The position numbers were made by a program, and so were the translations under genes. This document shows positions 58,900-64,000 of a stretch of 64,000 nt of DNA, piece by piece. How positions within the stretch are numbered: the first letter of the stretch is position 1; every line of letters starts with the position of its first letter. This DNA is from Lama guanicoe. Lineage: Eukaryota. The notes below the pieces were generated by a model that saw only the letters and a list, made by a program, of their open reading frames with translations, made no database searches and was not told the origin of the DNA. Where the stretch lies: contig MU053472.1 of the NCBI GenBank assembly GCA_013239625.1, positions 3,011,822 to 3,075,821 of the forward strand, in the 5' to 3' direction.

Positions 58900-61800
58900 C
58901 TCCCCACCCCCTACTTTCTCTGCGAGCTTTGAACTACGTCAGAGGTAAATAGCCATACGCTAGATGAGGACCAAAAGTGTCCTTTATTACTAATAAAGCT
59001 GATATTAGAGAATGTGGCTTATATTGTCTGGCAAAAGAGCTTCACAGAACTCAGACTCAGAATTCGGCGGAGCTAACCGCTCAGCGACAGGCAGCTGGGC
59101 CCCATCCTGGGGGAGCAGTATCAGCTCCCAAGAAGGAAGGAAGAGAAGATATTATGAGGCACAAATTCTCCTTTGAAACTCACCAGTCATACTGAACCAC
59201 TCCTTCCCAGGGAGCAATGAGGAGGTGGAGAGAAACCAGGCGTGCTTTGCTAGTTGGGCTCCTTCCACCAGGAAGAAAACAGCAAGAGTGGAAAAGACAA
59301 GTCTCCCTGACGTAAGGCAAGTGTGATTCCGTCAGGTCGGTTGAATCTGCTTTGTTTTTAATCAAAATGGGTTATCTTCCAAAGTGACGGAATGTGTTTG
59401 CTGTCTACAGTATCATTCTCCACGGAACTAGCTCACACACCACAGTCAGAGCAAGCTCCCAAAGGAATTCGAGATCGTCACTGAAAATCATGCAAAATTC
59501 AAAGGACGAACCAAGAATTCGTGATAAAACTACACAACTGAGTGGCAATAGTCCTTGTGCTCGCACACCATGCCCATCAAAGGCATTTCAAGAGCACTGA
59601 AATCTCACACACGTCCCACGCCGACTGTCAGTTTCTTTCTTGCTGATCTCAGAGAGACACGGTGCCTATTAGTCACCGGAGAGCAGAGCCAAAGTTTAAC
59701 TCCTTGGTGGCACAGGGGAAACGGCACGTCAGGTTGGATTCCAGGAAATCTAGGGAAGTACTTGACAGGAAGTCTGTTACTGTTCCCAGTTTTGCCAGTG
59801 TCAAGGCTGGGGCTGGAGGCATTTTCCGAAACAAATGGTCAGTTTGTTGCCACATGCTTTTTGTTTTATTCACCAGGGCACTTTATCCTGCTCCAGGTTT
59901 TTTGTTTGTTTGTTGTTTTGTTTTGGGGGTTTTTGTTTGTTTGTTTTTTAAGGTAAACATTTCCCATTCAGGCTTCAAGAGGCTTTCCCAAAAAAACATT
60001 GTTAATTTGAAGTTTGGTCGACAAATAAATTACATCAACGGGACAAATAACAACCTCCCCCCATTAGCCAACAATACATGTACAATTTAATAGGTTTTAC
60101 TGAAAACTGTGGTGCTGGATGTTTAATGTGACTCTGAACACAGTGAGGACCAGGATGCCCTGATGCCAGCATGGATCTCCCCTTATGTGGCTGCTAAGAC
60201 AAAGCTTTGATCTCATCCTGAGAAGCTCCCTTAATGGACTTCTTGCTGGAGGTCACTGGCCAGAACTGGGAGAGAACCCAAGCCAACGATGGAAACCCAG
60301 ATTGAAATAACATGTTCCCATCCTCTCTTAGCAAATGCAAAGCTGTTTTCTTAGCTACTACCTGCCCCGATTTGTACCACGAGAAGCTCTCCAATGCCAC
60401 TTTAGCTATCAATAATTGGCAACGAGTTTTGCAATTAACAGCTGCCCACAATCCATTTCAAGGAGCTACGCAGAAAGCACTTCCAAAAAAGCAGATTTGG
60501 GGATTACTCAGCTGCTTACCTGTCCTCCATTCCTTTTCTTAGCCCCCACGTCATCTGCTGGAAGAACCTGAAACTTGAAACGTGTGCCTAAATGCCCAAT
60601 TCTGAGTAGATGGTAGATATTTGAGAAATTCTCTACTTGATGTGTACCTAGAGAGAGGGAACGGGCAGTTCCATAAGGACTTGCTGTGTAATTCATAGCA
60701 AGGAGCTGACTCATAAACCCTTTCTAATTTCAGACCAAAGACCCCAGGGAAAGATTTGGGTAAAAACCTTGGCCTCAGAGAAAAGCCACTGAAGTTTATT
60801 CATTCCCCTGACGAGAAGCAATTGGGGAATTGCCAACTGTGATGGACACGTCTCAGTCTTCGCTGGTTTATCTTGTTCATCGGCAATAGCGAAGGTCCGC
60901 GGTAAAGCTGAACTCCCCACCCACCTCACCCAAGCCAACTGGAGGCATAATCCAAGGCTTTGGTTAGTTTCTCACAGCTTCTGCTCACATGCAACATGGA
61001 GGGAGCCGGTCCCCCTACCATGACCTCTAAATGACACTTTCCAACACTGAAGACTGCGGGGCCTGCAATCACTTGAGAAGTAGGAGGTATCTATTGTTAG
61101 AGACATTCTGTCATCTGAGCAGTCTCAAGTGGATTTTTTCCCCCCATCTTTCCTTAGCTCCTGATCTGGTGAGTTTGGGGCAAGAAACCCTCCAAGGGCA
61201 GCAACCTTGGAGGAAGTGTTTACCAATGCAAGAGGCAGGGCAAGGAGGCAGCCAGAGGGGGCCTGGAGCTGCTCAAGCTCCTGGAACCTTCAGTGCTCAG
61301 GCCAAAACTCGAGACTTGTGGGCTGGCCTCTCCCTCGTGATTCCGCATTGAGCTTCTGGAAAATCAGCCTCAGCCAAGCAGCTATCTGGGGCTTAGTGTT
61401 TACAGCTGAGCCAGAGACGATAAAACCACAGAGATGCCACCCCTGTTTACGTACTGACCCAGTGGTCAAGGAATCATCCCCCGGGCCCGAGGACAATCTT
61501 TGCTGGGTTTCCTCGCTGCAAAACGCCAGAATGCCTTTGCCTCGAAGAGGTCGACTCTCTTGTCAGCTGTGGGAGAAAAAACAGGCAGAGTTGCTATTTA
61601 CACCCTGAACTGCAAGCTGGGTAAAAATAGCACAAGCAGCCTGGTCCTGCTTCAAACCCCACTGCAGAAAGAGCTTATTTTTGGAAGAGAAGATTTTCCT
61701 CCCCACCTACAGATCTGAAAACGGTCACCTCCCAGGAGGAGAAGAGGAGAGACGATCCCACGCAAAGGTGAAATGTACCCTCTTCTCCACGCCCATGCCC

Positions 61801-63100
61801 AGGACAGCACACCGAGAGCCAGATTAGAAATACCCGACCCCTGCCAGCCGGGTCAGGCCCCAGCACAGACCTGCAGGTGACCTAGTTCAAGGTAGAGTGG
61901 GAATTAATTAACTTGGAGCACAGTGAGAGGAGGCTGCTGTTTGAACATGGATGCTGCCACCATCCTGTTGACTGTCATTGCTGTTTGTCAGGCTACTTGT
62001 TTGCCTTTCAAGAAAAAAAAAAAAAAGGAAGAAAAGAGAATTGACCAAAAGAATGCATAAGACCCCAGAACAATCACTTAGGTGTTCTATTGCCTGAGGA
62101 CTTGGAAATCACCCAAGCCTGGTCTGGTCCCACCTCTGTGGGCCACCCTGAGAGCTGGGGGCCGAAACTCTCACGTCATGTATTTGCTGGAGCTTAGGAC
62201 CTGATGTCTGGGGCCCCAGGATCTCTTTCAGGTTCGGAAAGTGGCCCACATGACAAGGAAGGAAAGTCACTTCTTTCTTTTCTGTGAAGAGATATTTTAT
62301 AGATGCCTAAGTATGTAGATTATGACACCTGTGTAACTCTAACGAGAGATACACACGTGGATAGTTCCTAGGAAACGTGCAAAACAGCAGAGAAAAATAC
62401 CAGACCAATGACATCATTCAATTGTTCTATGACCTGAAAGTGCCCAGGCCACCCAGAGCTGAGCCCAATAGGTGCTTAGTAGTTATTTTTAGGTAGGAAG
62501 GGGGAAAAAAAATCTCCCACATCCTAACTTCATCTGAACCCCCTTCTTCAGAGATCTGGGAACCAAAATGAATCTACTTTGAGGAAACATACCCAGGCAT
62601 GCCTAACCAACTGAAAGGAAGGGGAGAAGATGACAACATACCACTGCCTCACTTCTCAGCACCTCCCAGCAACACGCACACACAGACCTTTATCACCTTG
62701 TCCTCCGTGCGGGTACTGGTGTAGCTACGGAGCGGGGATGGCTGGGTCAAGGTAGAAGCAGCAGAGAAGATCGGATGTGCTTTGGGCACAAAGCCTGGCT
62801 TTTCCTCTAGCCTCAGACAGACCTAGTTTTGACTCCTAACTTTGTCACCTACCGTGTGACCAAGTCACTTTACTTTTTTGAATCTCACTTTTTTCCCTCT
62901 GGGAAGAGAGGTGATAGTACCCACCTGCGGGTTGGTGCAGACGAAATGTCACAACATCTGTAGAGCGTGTGTTCAGTGCCTGGTACAGAGTAAGGGATGC
63001 TCTGAACCCAGTATCCAGGAGCAGTTGTAGCTTTCCTGTGATACGCCGTGGGCCAGATTTTGGACTCTAGCTGGCTTCCAGCTGCCAGATGACGGCAAGT
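58900..63100. promoter_or_regulatory. candidate enhancer region with clustered CRE/ATF/UPRE motifs
   Basis: About ten TGACG/CGTCA cores in largely repeat-free, CpG-retaining sequence. Confidence 0.35.
62810..63000 (+). mobile_element. MIR
   Basis: CAGACAGACCTAGTTTTGACTCC...TGTGACCAAGTCACTTTAC...CAGTGCCTGGTACAGAGTAAG. Confidence 0.78.
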
Positions 63101-64000
63101 CTACCAAACGGCTAAGACTTAACTCCCTGCAAAAGGCATTGCATTACAGAAATGATTGAAAACTTTCTCCCACATTCTTATGCCCTTCTGCACACGCCCT
63201 TCATTCTCTGTGGCCCTTCACCTCTCTGCTGGCATCTTTCTGTAACACCCACTTCCCCAAGCCTTATCAAGAAGCTAGAAATAGAATCTCCCTACTCGGC
63301 CGTCTCTGCCAATGGAGAGCTCTGGGCAGCTGACTTCCCACTTGAAGGAGGCCACAGAGAGGTAGCCCAGCACCTTTCCAAGTCGCACTGACTGATGACA
63401 TTGAGAGGGAAGAGCTGCTGCTCTGCTGAGTCATAGCTATTTAAGCTATTTGTCCTCAGGGCTCTGAGACTCCCTAAGGACCTGGGAAAGACGGCTGCAT
63501 ATCCCTTGGAGCAGGACTTCTTTGGGTTTCTATTTGCAAAGTTAAGAAATCCAGATTGCGCTGACTCCGGCCCTGGACCGAGAAGAGCTCAGGTCTCCCC
63601 GCCCCCCTCTATCTCACTGACCTCTGGCTGAGGATTGTAGGCCAAGGTGGCCAGGATCTCCCCTCCAGTCTAAGTCAGCTTCCCCCTGAATCAGCTTTCT
63701 TCACCTCCCTATTAATAGCCACTGCTTTGGCTGGCTCCACGCATGGTATGATTACAGTTTAATAATATGTCACAAATAAGGAAGCAGGGAACTTCCTGGA
63801 GCTGGGCTGCTGAGGCCAGGAGAGCTCACGTTCCCCCCCAGAAGGCAGAGGTGGGGGCTTGTTTTCTGCAGAAGGAGCAGCTGGCTAGAGATTGGCCTCT
63901 GAGACAAGGCACTGCTTTGCAGTTTCTGTCTTACTGGGATGCCTTTGGTTTAGGGCAGGAGACAAGCCTGCAGGTGAACTTCCATTTTACTAAAGCCTTT

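Noticed and set aside
59555..60090. 133-aa and 142-aa ORFs with hydrophobic ends
   Set aside because: Hydrophobic stretch derives from a (TTTG)n simple repeat; no homology recognised
1..64000. CRISPR array, operon or other prokaryotic/viral system
   Set aside because: No regularly spaced repeats or long ORFs; content is typical mammalian repeat-rich DNA

Overview
Mammalian non-coding genomic DNA, very probably from a camelid (alpaca, llama or camel). This rests on eleven copies of a tRNA-derived SINE that match the camelid Vic-1 type as I recall it, plus artiodactyl-type L1 3' ends. I find no credible protein-coding exon, functional RNA gene, CRISPR array or prokaryotic system; the listed ORFs are short chance frames or transposon remnants. 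Roughly half the window is interspersed repeat: L1, L2, MIR, MaLR/ERVL/ERV1 LTRs, hAT DNA transposons, an internally deleted ERV-L provirus with readable gag and dUTPase motifs, and a hAT transposase fossil. The most unusual signals are small: a 41-bp polyadenylated micro-retrocopy with perfect 17-bp TSDs next to a poly(A)-only insertion (6.4-6.6 kb); a 51-bp unique sequence apparently copied into an L2 about 1.1 kb away; a SINE with a triplicated target site; and a CRE/UPRE motif cluster at 58.4-63.1 kb. Repeat subfamily names come from recalled consensus features, not a database search, and boundaries without TSDs are approximate. I cannot support a claim of a new biological system here.
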